From the NCBI GenBank assembly GCA_963802695.1, contig CAWDJN010000008.1, positions 13,778-77,777 of the forward strand: a stretch of DNA of 64,000 nucleotides. The letters are read 5' to 3'. The translations under genes and the position numbers were made by a program. Origin of the DNA: an uncultured Acidobacteriaceae bacterium (GTDB lineage: Bacteria > Acidobacteriota > Terriglobia > Terriglobales > Acidobacteriaceae). Positions 48,083 through 56,431 of this stretch are shown here, piece by piece. Position 1 is the stretch's first letter. Every line of letters starts with the position of its first letter. The notes beneath the pieces were generated by a model. The model saw only the letters and a list, made by a program, of their open reading frames with translations. It searched no databases and had not been told where the DNA came from.

Positions 48083-49678
48083 ATGGGTCTGTCTATGGTG
48101 TTCAAGTATCCGTTGATATCTCGCATATCAAGTGTGGGGTTGGTGGCTGGGTTGACAGTATCGATGGGTTTTGCGCAGGCTCCGGAGGGACGGCAGCAGC
48201 GCGGAACCGGGGAGGGAGCGGCGGTAAAAGAAGATCAGGGACTTCCGATTCCTCCAGAGACGAATTCGGTGACGAAGCATGACTGGACCGCAGGTGGACG
48301 AGCGGTACACTACACGGCCACCGCTGGAAACCTGGTGATCAAGAACGATGAGAACAAACCTTACGCGAGTATGTTCTACGTGGCTTACACAGAAGATGGG
48401 GTTGATCCGAAGACGCGGCCTGTGACGTTCTTTTATAACGGTGGTCCGGGGTCGGCGACGATCTGGCTGCACATGGGGTCGCTGGGACCGGTGCGCGTTG
48501 TGACATCAAGTCCGGAGGCAACGGGGCCGGGGCCTTTCACGATTGTGCCGAATGAGTACAGCCTTATCGATCGGAGCGACCTGGTATTTATCGACGCCCC
48601 GATGACGGGGTTCTCGCGCGCAGCGGGCAAGGGAACAGCAAAGGATGTCGCCGGGGTCGATCAGGACATTCAGGCGTTCCTGAAGTTCATTGAACGATAC
48701 ATCACGGTGAACCAGCGATGGAATTCACCGAAGTTCCTGTTCGGCGAATCTTATGGAACGACGCGCTCTGCCGGGTTGGTGGCGGCGCTGCAGAATGACG
48801 GCATCGAGTTCAACGGCGTGACTCTGCTGTCTTCGATTCTGAACTACAACCGCCAGGTGCCGGGAATTGATATCCAATCGATTGGATATCTGCCTTCCTA
48901 CGCGGCGATTGCGTACTACCACAAGAAGGTAAAGGCGACGGGGAGCATGGCGGACTGGGTCGAGCAGGCTAGAAAGTTCGCCAGCGGTCCGTACGCAGCG
49001 GCCCTGTTTCAGGGAGACAAGCTTCCTCCGGCGGAATTCGATGCAATCGCGACTAAGGTAGCTGCATTCACCGGCCTGAGTGTGCAGTATGTGAAGGACG
49101 CGAAGCTGCAGATCTCTGCTACTCGTTTCCGGAAGGAGTTGATGCGCGGCGATGAGCGGATTCTAGGCCGTTACGACGCTCGATTCGAGGGCTGGGATTC
49201 GGAAAATGCCGGCGAGAATCCTGGGTATGATCCTTCGGATACGGGGATCAGCGGAGCGTATGTGGGCGCCTTCCACGATTACCTCGTGAAGGAGCTGAAG
49301 TATACGAGCCAGGATACGTACGATCTCCACGGTCAGGGGTTGAATTGGGACTTTCACCATCGGCCTTCCGGTGTGCCGAGAAACGTTGGCGGCCGCGGGG
49401 GCGAGGAGACTGCTCCGGACGTCGCTCTCGACCTTTCGGATGCGATGCGAAAGAATCCACATCTGAAGGTGTTTTCGGCGAATGGGTATTTTGATCTGGC
49501 GACACCGTTTTTCCTGACAGAGTATGACCTGAGCCACATGGACTTGCCGGCGAATCTGGTGGGGAATGTGCAGTTTGGTTACTATCCGGCGGGTCACATG
49601 GTCTATCTGAACGTGGAAGCGCTGAAGGAGTTGAAGGCGGATATGGCGAAGTTCTATGCCACAGCCGAGCAGCGCTAG
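48083..49678 (+). CDS. Peptidase S10 serine carboxypeptidase
   Basis: NGGPGS, GESYG, GYFDLATP, GHMVY. Confidence 0.92.
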   Translation: MGLSMVFKYPLISRISSVGLVAGLTVSMGFAQAPEGRQQRGTGEGAAVKEDQGLPIPPETNSVTKHDWTAGGRAVHYTATAGNLVIKNDENKPYASMFYVAYTEDGVDPKTRPVTFFYNGGPGSATIWLHMGSLGPVRVVTSSPEATGPGPFTIVPNEYSLIDRSDLVFIDAPMTGFSRAAGKGTAKDVAGVDQDIQAFLKFIERYITVNQRWNSPKFLFGESYGTTRSAGLVAALQNDGIEFNGVTLLSSILNYNRQVPGIDIQSIGYLPSYAAIAYYHKKVKATGSMADWVEQARKFASGPYAAALFQGDKLPPAEFDAIATKVAAFTGLSVQYVKDAKLQISATRFRKELMRGDERILGRYDARFEGWDSENAGENPGYDPSDTGISGAYVGAFHDYLVKELKYTSQDTYDLHGQGLNWDFHHRPSGVPRNVGGRGGEETAPDVALDLSDAMRKNPHLKVFSANGYFDLATPFFLTEYDLSHMDLPANLVGNVQFGYYPAGHMVYLNVEALKELKADMAKFYATAEQR

Positions 49679-49697
49679 CCGAAGGGAGATGCGAGGA

Positions 49698-49724
49698 GCG
49701 GCCGGGTTACTTTTGACCGGCCGC
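49698..49724 (+). terminator. Hairpin after the S10 gene
   Basis: GCGGCCGG...CCGGCCGC. Confidence 0.55.
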
Positions 49725-49728
49725 ACAC

Positions 49729-49757
49729 TTGTGTTTCCTGCGTAAATGCCTTAGAAT
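49729..49757 (+). promoter_or_regulatory. Putative sigma70 promoter
   Basis: TTGTGT-17 nt-TAGAAT upstream of the 49831 ORF. Confidence 0.5.
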
Positions 49758-49830
49758 GAGAGTTGCTGTGTTTTCCCAGTGGTCGTGAACAAAAGTAAGA
49801 AGTTAATCCAAAAAGAGGTACGGAAAGCCT

Positions 49831-50058
49831 ATGGCAAAGCGTCGTGGAAACCCCAACTGGGGCAAGCCTGAGCCGATAGGACCGGTTGTACCGACGGTCA
49901 CATCGTTCGAGCAGGTAGTAAAGGAGTTCAAGCTGACACCTGATCAGTACATTCGTTCAACCCGCCTTCGTGAGTGGGCGAGACGAAACAAGAATTCGAA
50001 GTACATTCCTGAGGCGCTGCTTGAGGCCTGGGGCTTTGAGATTGAGTCCACACTGTAG
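49831..50058 (+). CDS. Small basic hypothetical protein (75 aa)
   Basis: SD GAGG, own promoter and terminator. Confidence 0.8.
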   Translation: MAKRRGNPNWGKPEPIGPVVPTVTSFEQVVKEFKLTPDQYIRSTRLREWARRNKNSKYIPEALLEAWGFEIESTL

Positions 50059-50081
50059 AAATTTTTCTGACTGGACCGGAG

Positions 50082-50111
50082 AGGCCGCCTGTAAAGGCGG
50101 CTTTTCTTTTT
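50082..50111 (+). terminator. Intrinsic terminator
   Basis: AGGCCGCCT-GTAA-AGGCGGCTT followed by TTCTTTTT. Confidence 0.8.
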
Positions 50112-50187
50112 GTCGGGCGTTTCGGGCTTGGTTTTTGCGACCAGCGTAGGATGGAATGTGTCAAAGAGATGAGGCTGGAAGGCGACT

Positions 50188-51334
50188 ATGTTTGCTGATG
50201 TTACTGAAGCAGTGGAAGAGATTAAAGCAGGGCGGATGGTTGTCGTGGTTGACGATGAAGACCGCGAGAATGAAGGGGATCTGACGCTGGCCGCGGAGTT
50301 TGTTACGCCGGAGGCGATCAACTTTATGGCGAAGTATGGCCGCGGATTGATCTGTCTGACGCTGACGGAGGAACGGGCGGATTATCTGCGGCTGGGACCG
50401 ATGACGCAGGAGAATACTTCGCGGTTTGGGACGGCGTTTACGGAGTCGATTGAGGCGCGAGAGGGTGTGACTACGGGGATATCTGCCGCAGATAGAGCAC
50501 ATACGATCAAGGTGGCGATCGATCCGCGTTCTACGGCGCAAGATCTGGCGCGGCCTGGGCATGTGTTTCCGTTGCGTGCGCGGAAGGGTGGTGTGCTGGT
50601 GAGGGCGGGGCAGACCGAGGCTTCGGTGGATCTTGCTCGTATGGCAGGACTTATCCCGGCGGGCGTGATCTGCGAGATCATGAATGATGATGGGACAATG
50701 GCGCGGGTGCCGGACCTGATCAAGTTCTGTGAAGTGCATGGGTTGAAGATGGTTACAGTGGCGGATCTGATTCGCTATCGCCTGCAGAATGAGCGGTATA
50801 TCCATCGGGTGGCGGAGTCGGTGATGCCTACGGCGCATGGGGACTTCCGGATGATCGCTTATGAGAGCGAGGTGGAGGGCGGGGAGTCGCATGTTGCTCT
50901 TGTGTTAGGCGATGTCACTGGAAATGAACCGGTTACGGTGAGGGTGCATACGCATTGCCTGGCGGGAGATGTGTTTGGAACTACGCTTTGTGATTGCAGG
51001 TCCGTGGTGGAGGAGTCGCTGCGGATGATTGCCGCGGCCGGGCGGGGGGCGCTGGTTTATCTGCATAATGGATCGGCTGGATTTGGTGTAGATAAAGGGG
51101 TTGCACCGGCGCGAGTGGTGTTTCACCGGGAGCAGCGGGCTAAAGAGGGATGTGAGGAACGGGCTCACCGGACGCTGCAGGCAGGTGGGGTTGGGTGGGC
51201 AGATTCTGTCTGATCTCGGGATTCACAAGATCCGGTTGCTGACGAATACTCCTACGCATGTGCCTGCGCTGCAGGGGTTTGGGATTGAGATTGTGGAGCA
51301 GGTTCCGGTGTCGACCGGGGTGGTTCGGCGGTAG
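50188..51334 (+). CDS. ribB: DHBP synthase fused to a degenerate GTP cyclohydrolase II domain (RibBA/RibBX); frameshift ~51180
   Basis: [40 protein letters not shown]; C-terminal [18 protein letters not shown] in the next frame. Confidence 0.88.
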
Positions 51335-51430
51335 GTTGCCGAGATTTTTTCTTGCTTGCGGCAGGGCGGGGAATTGGTGGGGATTTCCTGTGTTTTTTGA
51401 GGGGGTTTGAGATTTCCACAGAGTTTTTAC

Positions 51431-51489
51431 GTGGTTTTTTGTGGTGAAGTTGTGGTGGTTTTGTGGTGAGGATGTGGTTTTTGGGTGGT
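51431..51489 (+). repeat. Helically phased GTGGT array
   Basis: GTGGT at 51431, 51441, 51452, 51463, 51474, 51485. Confidence 0.7.
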
Positions 51490-51616
51490 GGGTTTTCGGC
51501 GACTAATTTTCGCCACTTTTTAGAGATTTATTTTTGTTGGGTTGCATAGAAAGCATGCGTTGGCTGCTCCCCCTGGGTTTAGCTGTTGATGGGTTTTGGG
51601 TATCAGGCTTCAGATC

Positions 51617-51871
51617 CTATTTAGGGGGGTTGGATAGACTTTTGGCGGGGGTTTTGGCGGGCGTCTTTGCATCGTTTTTTGTCGCGGTGGATTTTGAATC
51701 AGTTTTCGTATTTGTTTTAGAGGTTGTACTGGCCGGGGCTTTGTCGGTCGTTTTCGTCCCACCGCTGGGTTTGGCCGGGGTGCATGCTCTGCCGGGCGCA
51801 GCGCTGCTGGCCGTGACTGATACGGCGAAGGCGAATGTGAGAAGAACGGCGGTTGTCCTGAGAATCTGCAT
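51617..51871 (-). CDS. Small secreted Lys/Thr-rich protein
   Basis: SD AAGGGAG, signal peptide, low-complexity tail. Confidence 0.6.
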   Translation of the reverse strand: MQILRTTAVLLTFAFAVSVTASSAAPGRACTPAKPSGGTKTTDKAPASTTSKTNTKTDSKSTATKNDAKTPAKTPAKSLSNPPK

Positions 51872-51959
51872 AGTGCTCCCTTGGCTGGATATTTCCTTAC
51901 TGAGAGGGAATCGGGTGATGGGTGATTTGGGAACAAATGAGAAGAATTTTCTGAATCGT

Positions 51960-51975
51960 TAGACCGACTGGTCTA
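51960..51975. promoter_or_regulatory. NemR/TetR-type operator
   Basis: TAGACC-GACT-GGTCTA palindrome upstream of the SDR-TetR pair. Confidence 0.8.
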
Positions 51976-52027
51976 CTCTACTCAAGTGCGAGGCAAAAGG
52001 CCTCGGAGATTCAGGAGGTTTCACACC

Positions 52028-52828
52028 ATGTCAGCACCCGCATCCAAAGGCACCGCTCTTATCACCGGTGCTTCTACCGGCATCGGCGCAGTCTATGCCG
52101 ATCGCCTCGCCAAACGCGGTTACGATCTCATTCTCGTTGCTCGCAGCGAGGAGAAGCTCTCTGAAGTTGCGGCGCGATTGAGGTCCACCGGCCGCAGAAT
52201 CGAGACTATCTCTGCCGACCTGACGAAGAACGATGATCTTCAGCGCGTGGCCGAGAGGCTGAAAACCGACGCCACGATCACCGCGCTGGTAAACAACGCC
52301 GGCCTGGGCAGCGCTGGAAAGCTTCTCGATTCGAAGATCGAGGATCTCGAGTCGATGATCTATTTGAATGTCACCGCGCTTACGCGACTGGCTCTGGCTG
52401 CCGTGCCTGGTTTTGTGGCGCGCAAGAACGGTCTGCTGATCAACATTGCTTCGGTCGTTGCCCTTGCGCCGGATCTTTTGAACGGCACCTATAGCGGCAC
52501 CAAGGCTTATGTGGTGAACTTCACGCAGGCGCTGAAGAACGAAGTAGAAGGTAAAGGCGTGACGGTGCAGGCTGTATTGCCCGGCGCGACGGCGACGCCA
52601 TTCTGGGACAAGGCCGGCCGTCCGGTGGAGGACCTGCCGAGCGAGATTGTGATGACGGCGGAGGACATGGTGGATGCATCGCTTGCCGGACTTGATCAGA
52701 ATGAGGTCATTACCATTCCATCCTTACCTGATGCGACTGACTGGGAGAAGTACGAAACGGCGCGCAAAGCTATGGGTCCGAACCTTTCGCGTCAGAAACC
52801 AGCGGCTCGTTATGGGATTCAGAGCTGA
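52028..52828 (+). CDS. Short-chain dehydrogenase/reductase
   Basis: TGASTGIG, NNAG, YSGTK; SD AGGAGG. Confidence 0.92.
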   Translation: MSAPASKGTALITGASTGIGAVYADRLAKRGYDLILVARSEEKLSEVAARLRSTGRRIETISADLTKNDDLQRVAERLKTDATITALVNNAGLGSAGKLLDSKIEDLESMIYLNVTALTRLALAAVPGFVARKNGLLINIASVVALAPDLLNGTYSGTKAYVVNFTQALKNEVEGKGVTVQAVLPGATATPFWDKAGRPVEDLPSEIVMTAEDMVDASLAGLDQNEVITIPSLPDATDWEKYETARKAMGPNLSRQKPAARYGIQS

Positions 52829-52929
52829 GCCTATTCAGGATGCGGTCAACCGTTCCGGCTTTCGCGGCTGCGTCGCGAGGGCCGTTCGGTCCTTCCAATC
52901 AATCAATGAAGAACCGCGAGGAGATTGTT

Positions 52930-53526
52930 ATGGCAGCGAAATCGACGCGTGAGCATTTGATCGACGTGGGTGTTGGGCTGATGCACCGGAACGGGTACAA
53001 CGCTACCGGACTGTCCGACATTTTGAAGGCGGCGGATGTGCCCAAGGGTTCGTTTTATCACCATTTCGGCAGCAAGGAAGATTTTGCCGCTGCGGCATTG
53101 GAACGGTACACCACGCGCGAGGCAGAACACTCCGCTGCTGTCCTGATTGGTTCGAAGGCGCACCCGCTCAGGCGTCTGAAGCGTTACTTCGCGGACCTTG
53201 TTAAGTTCTATGGCCAGAAGGGAGAGATTCCAGGATGCATGATGGGCCGCTTCAGTTTGGAGGTCGCGGCAGCGAGTCCGCAGTTGAGAAAGCAGATTTC
53301 CAGCACTTTCACTCACTGGCAGCACACAATCGCGACGGTCATCCAACAGGCGATCGCGCAGGAGGAACTGCCTGCAGATACAGATCCTGAATCATTGGCA
53401 GGTTTCCTGCTCAATAGCTGGGAAGGGGCGCTTTTGCGGTCGCAAGCTGAAAAGAGCGACGCTCCCCTCGAACTGTTCATGGAGTTCGTATTTGATCAAT
53501 TGCTGAAGAAACAGGACAAAACCTGA
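52930..53526 (+). CDS. TetR-family regulator (NemR-like)
   Basis: GYNATGLSDILKAADVPKGSFYHHFGSKE, GCMMG, WEGALL. Confidence 0.92.
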   Translation: MAAKSTREHLIDVGVGLMHRNGYNATGLSDILKAADVPKGSFYHHFGSKEDFAAAALERYTTREAEHSAAVLIGSKAHPLRRLKRYFADLVKFYGQKGEIPGCMMGRFSLEVAAASPQLRKQISSTFTHWQHTIATVIQQAIAQEELPADTDPESLAGFLLNSWEGALLRSQAEKSDAPLELFMEFVFDQLLKKQDKT

Positions 53527-53797
53527 CTTCACTGCCACGACTCCCCAAGGCTATCTAGCCAGCACTTCAAATTTTGGGCCCGCGTGAGCGGCTGCAAAGC
53601 CGGAGGCTAAGTCTCGCGCAAAAAAAACAGAGTGATGGTTAGTGAGGAGAAATGCGGCTGCGTTCACCGCGTGAGCAAAAGAGGTCTGAGCACCTGCGGA
53701 TTGTGGCCGGTGCAATTTCATTCACTCGAAGGACGATCATTTCGGCCGTCTGAGAAATAGTTTTCGTCAGAAAGTGTTTAACAGAAGGGAGAAGCAA

Positions 53798-54265
53798 ATG
53801 TCCACGATTCATCTTCACCAGACAACTACGCTAACGCCCGAGCAGTACATCGCCGGGCTCACCGACTTCGGGCCGGACCGCTCGAAGGTTTTTGGCAACA
53901 GCACCGACGAGTACCTAAAGGTGCATCAGCGGGGCCGCACGGAGGCCGACGTCACTGAAGGCTCAGGCGGCATCTGGGAGCGACTGCACTACGACTGGTC
54001 CGATCCTCAACACGTCGTTCTCGCGACGACAGACTCCAACTTGTGGGGAGGCGCGTCCGGGCATACCTACACCTTCACGCGACGTCCCGACGGCACGACC
54101 GACATTGACGTGGATGTCGTGCGCGAGGGCAAGAATCTCAAAGGACGGTTGCTCGGGTTCGTGCTCGGGACTATCGGCAAGGGCGTTTTGGAAAAGGCGT
54201 TTGTAAACAGCGTCAAGGCCATCGAAGCTCTGAATGGTGCGGCGAAAGAGGAACGCGCTGCATAA
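53798..54265 (+). CDS. Hypothetical protein, possibly SRPBCC-like
   Basis: SD GGGAG; LTDFGPDR, WERLHYDWS. Confidence 0.7.
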   Translation: MSTIHLHQTTTLTPEQYIAGLTDFGPDRSKVFGNSTDEYLKVHQRGRTEADVTEGSGGIWERLHYDWSDPQHVVLATTDSNLWGGASGHTYTFTRRPDGTTDIDVDVVREGKNLKGRLLGFVLGTIGKGVLEKAFVNSVKAIEALNGAAKEERAA

Positions 54266-54470
54266 GGAAGCTGAATTCAGTTGGTGATAGGGCAATGCGC
54301 TCATTCAAGATGGCGGCACTGCTTGAAAGGCTCAGAAGGACGGCAGCGAAACTGCGATAGCGATGGAGACAATTAGCGGGATTTCCGGGGCAGCTTGAGT
54401 CGCGATCCTCGGGTGAGAGTGGGAATGGCATAAGATTGAGGCGGTTTCGCGAATTTGCATAAAGGGTCAG

Positions 54471-56093
54471 ATGAAAGCTGAAACAGAAGAGTCTATGGCT
54501 GCCGCCCACCTCAATCAAATCTTTGGCTCCGGCGAGATGGTGGAACGGACTCGGGCGTTCGATTGGGCGAGCACCTCAGTGGGGCCACTCGAGGAGTGGC
54601 CGGAATCGCTGCTGGTTATCGTCAATACGCTGCTCAACTCGCCTCATCCGATGTTTCTATGGTGGGGCGACGATTTAGTCCAGTTCTACAACGACGCTTA
54701 CCGTCCCAGCATCGGGGATGACAAGCATCCGCGCGCGCTCGGGCAGAAGGGAATCGATTGCTGGCATGAGATCTGGCCGATTATCTACCCGCAGATCGAA
54801 CAGGTGATGACCGCCGGTGTGGCGACGTGGAACGAAGATCAGCTCGTACCGATTTATCGCAATGGCGTTCTGGAAGATGTTTACTGGACTTACTCCTATA
54901 GCCCGGTGCGAGATCGCCACGGCAACATATGCGGCACATTGGTGACGTGCACCGAGACGACAAAACAAAAACTGGCGGAACAGGCCCTTCGCGAGCAACT
55001 CAAGACGCTTGGCGATCTGTTCGAGCAGGCTCCGGCATTCTTCTGTCTTCTGCGTGGACCCCAACACGTCTTTGAGCGGATGAACCCGCTCTATCGGCAA
55101 CTGCTTGGCCCGCGCAACATGCTCGGCAAGTCCGTGCGCGAGGCAGTCCCGGAGATCGAGGAACAGGGCTTCGTCGAACTTCTGGATCGTGTCTACGAGA
55201 CCGGTGAACCTTACATCGGGCGAAATCTTCCCATCAAGCTTGCGCGTCTCGGCTCAGAGGAGCTTGAAGAGCGCACGCTGGACTTTGTCTATCAACCCCT
55301 GCGTGATGCGGGCGGTCAGATCACCGGCATCATTGTCCTGGGAATCGATACTACGGAGGCGAGACGCGGCGAGCTTGCGCTGCTGCAAACTGAAAAACTG
55401 GCTGCGGTGGGCCGTCTCGCCAGTTCGATTGCACATGAGATCAACAACCCGCTCGAGTCGGTGACCAACCTGATCTATCTCGCGCAAGGGTCAGCGGGGA
55501 ATCAAGAGGTGAAGGAATATCTTGCCACTGCCGAGATCGAACTTCGCCGTGTCGCCGCGATCACGAATCAGACGTTGCGGTTTTATCGGCAGACGACCAA
55601 TCCCAAAGCTACGGCTGCTAAAGAAGTGATCGAGAGTACCCTGGCCATCTATCAAGGACGGCTAACCAATTCTGAAATCAGGGTGTGCCGCCGGGATCGA
55701 GCGAACGAGCCTGTGCTTTGTTACGACGGAGAGATTCGGCAGGTCCTGAGCAATCTTGTCGGGAACGCGATCGACGCGATGCAGGCTGAGGGTGGCAGGC
55801 TGATGATGCGAAGCCGTGTGGGGACGAACTGGAAGAGCGGGGAAAGAGGACTGTTCTTTACTGTGGCCGACACGGGTCCGGGCATGTCGGCCGAGACTGT
55901 GGCTCGTATCTTTGAACCGTTCTTTAGTACTAAGGGTATGAGCGGGACGGGCCTCGGCCTTTGGGTTACAAAGGATATTGTCGTGCGTCATCGCGGGGTT
56001 CTGGCGGTCCGTTCAAGGACAGGTGCTAACTCCGGCACGGTCTTTTCTATGTTTTTGCCGTTCGACGCGGTGGTGCGAACGAACATAAATTAA
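54471..56093 (+). CDS. Cytoplasmic PAS sensor histidine kinase
   Basis: Two PAS-like domains, AHEINNPL, NAIDA, DTGPG, FFSTK, GTGLGL. Confidence 0.92.
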   Translation: MKAETEESMAAAHLNQIFGSGEMVERTRAFDWASTSVGPLEEWPESLLVIVNTLLNSPHPMFLWWGDDLVQFYNDAYRPSIGDDKHPRALGQKGIDCWHEIWPIIYPQIEQVMTAGVATWNEDQLVPIYRNGVLEDVYWTYSYSPVRDRHGNICGTLVTCTETTKQKLAEQALREQLKTLGDLFEQAPAFFCLLRGPQHVFERMNPLYRQLLGPRNMLGKSVREAVPEIEEQGFVELLDRVYETGEPYIGRNLPIKLARLGSEELEERTLDFVYQPLRDAGGQITGIIVLGIDTTEARRGELALLQTEKLAAVGRLASSIAHEINNPLESVTNLIYLAQGSAGNQEVKEYLATAEIELRRVAAITNQTLRFYRQTTNPKATAAKEVIESTLAIYQGRLTNSEIRVCRRDRANEPVLCYDGEIRQVLSNLVGNAIDAMQAEGGRLMMRSRVGTNWKSGERGLFFTVADTGPGMSAETVARIFEPFFSTKGMSGTGLGLWVTKDIVVRHRGVLAVRSRTGANSGTVFSMFLPFDAVVRTNIN

Positions 56094-56431
56094 CCAACTG
56101 TAAACAAATGATATTTGCGTCAACCGCGGCCTGTGGGTCTTCCCGAGGTACGGTTGTATACGTGTACACGCAGTGATCGGCGCTGCTTGTTTTGTGAGAG
56201 CACGGTTACAGTTACATTTTCTGGTTTGGGAGCAAAGTTCCGGAAGACTCTATTGACGAGTCAGTATCTGTCACTTCTAACAGTAGCGAATGGTATTCGG
56301 TCGGAACGACAATATCCTGGCAGGCAACAGAAGAGCTAAGATCGTCATCAAATTGTTTCGAGCTCTTCCAGCGACAATTGATGAAGTGTGTGTGTACTCC
56401 TTACTGGCCCGTACGGCGATGAGCAGCGCGG

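Noticed and set aside
50100-50187. FMN riboswitch before ribB (also TPP before thiD/thiS and cobalamin before the radical SAM gene)
   Set aside because: No consensus elements seen and leaders are short
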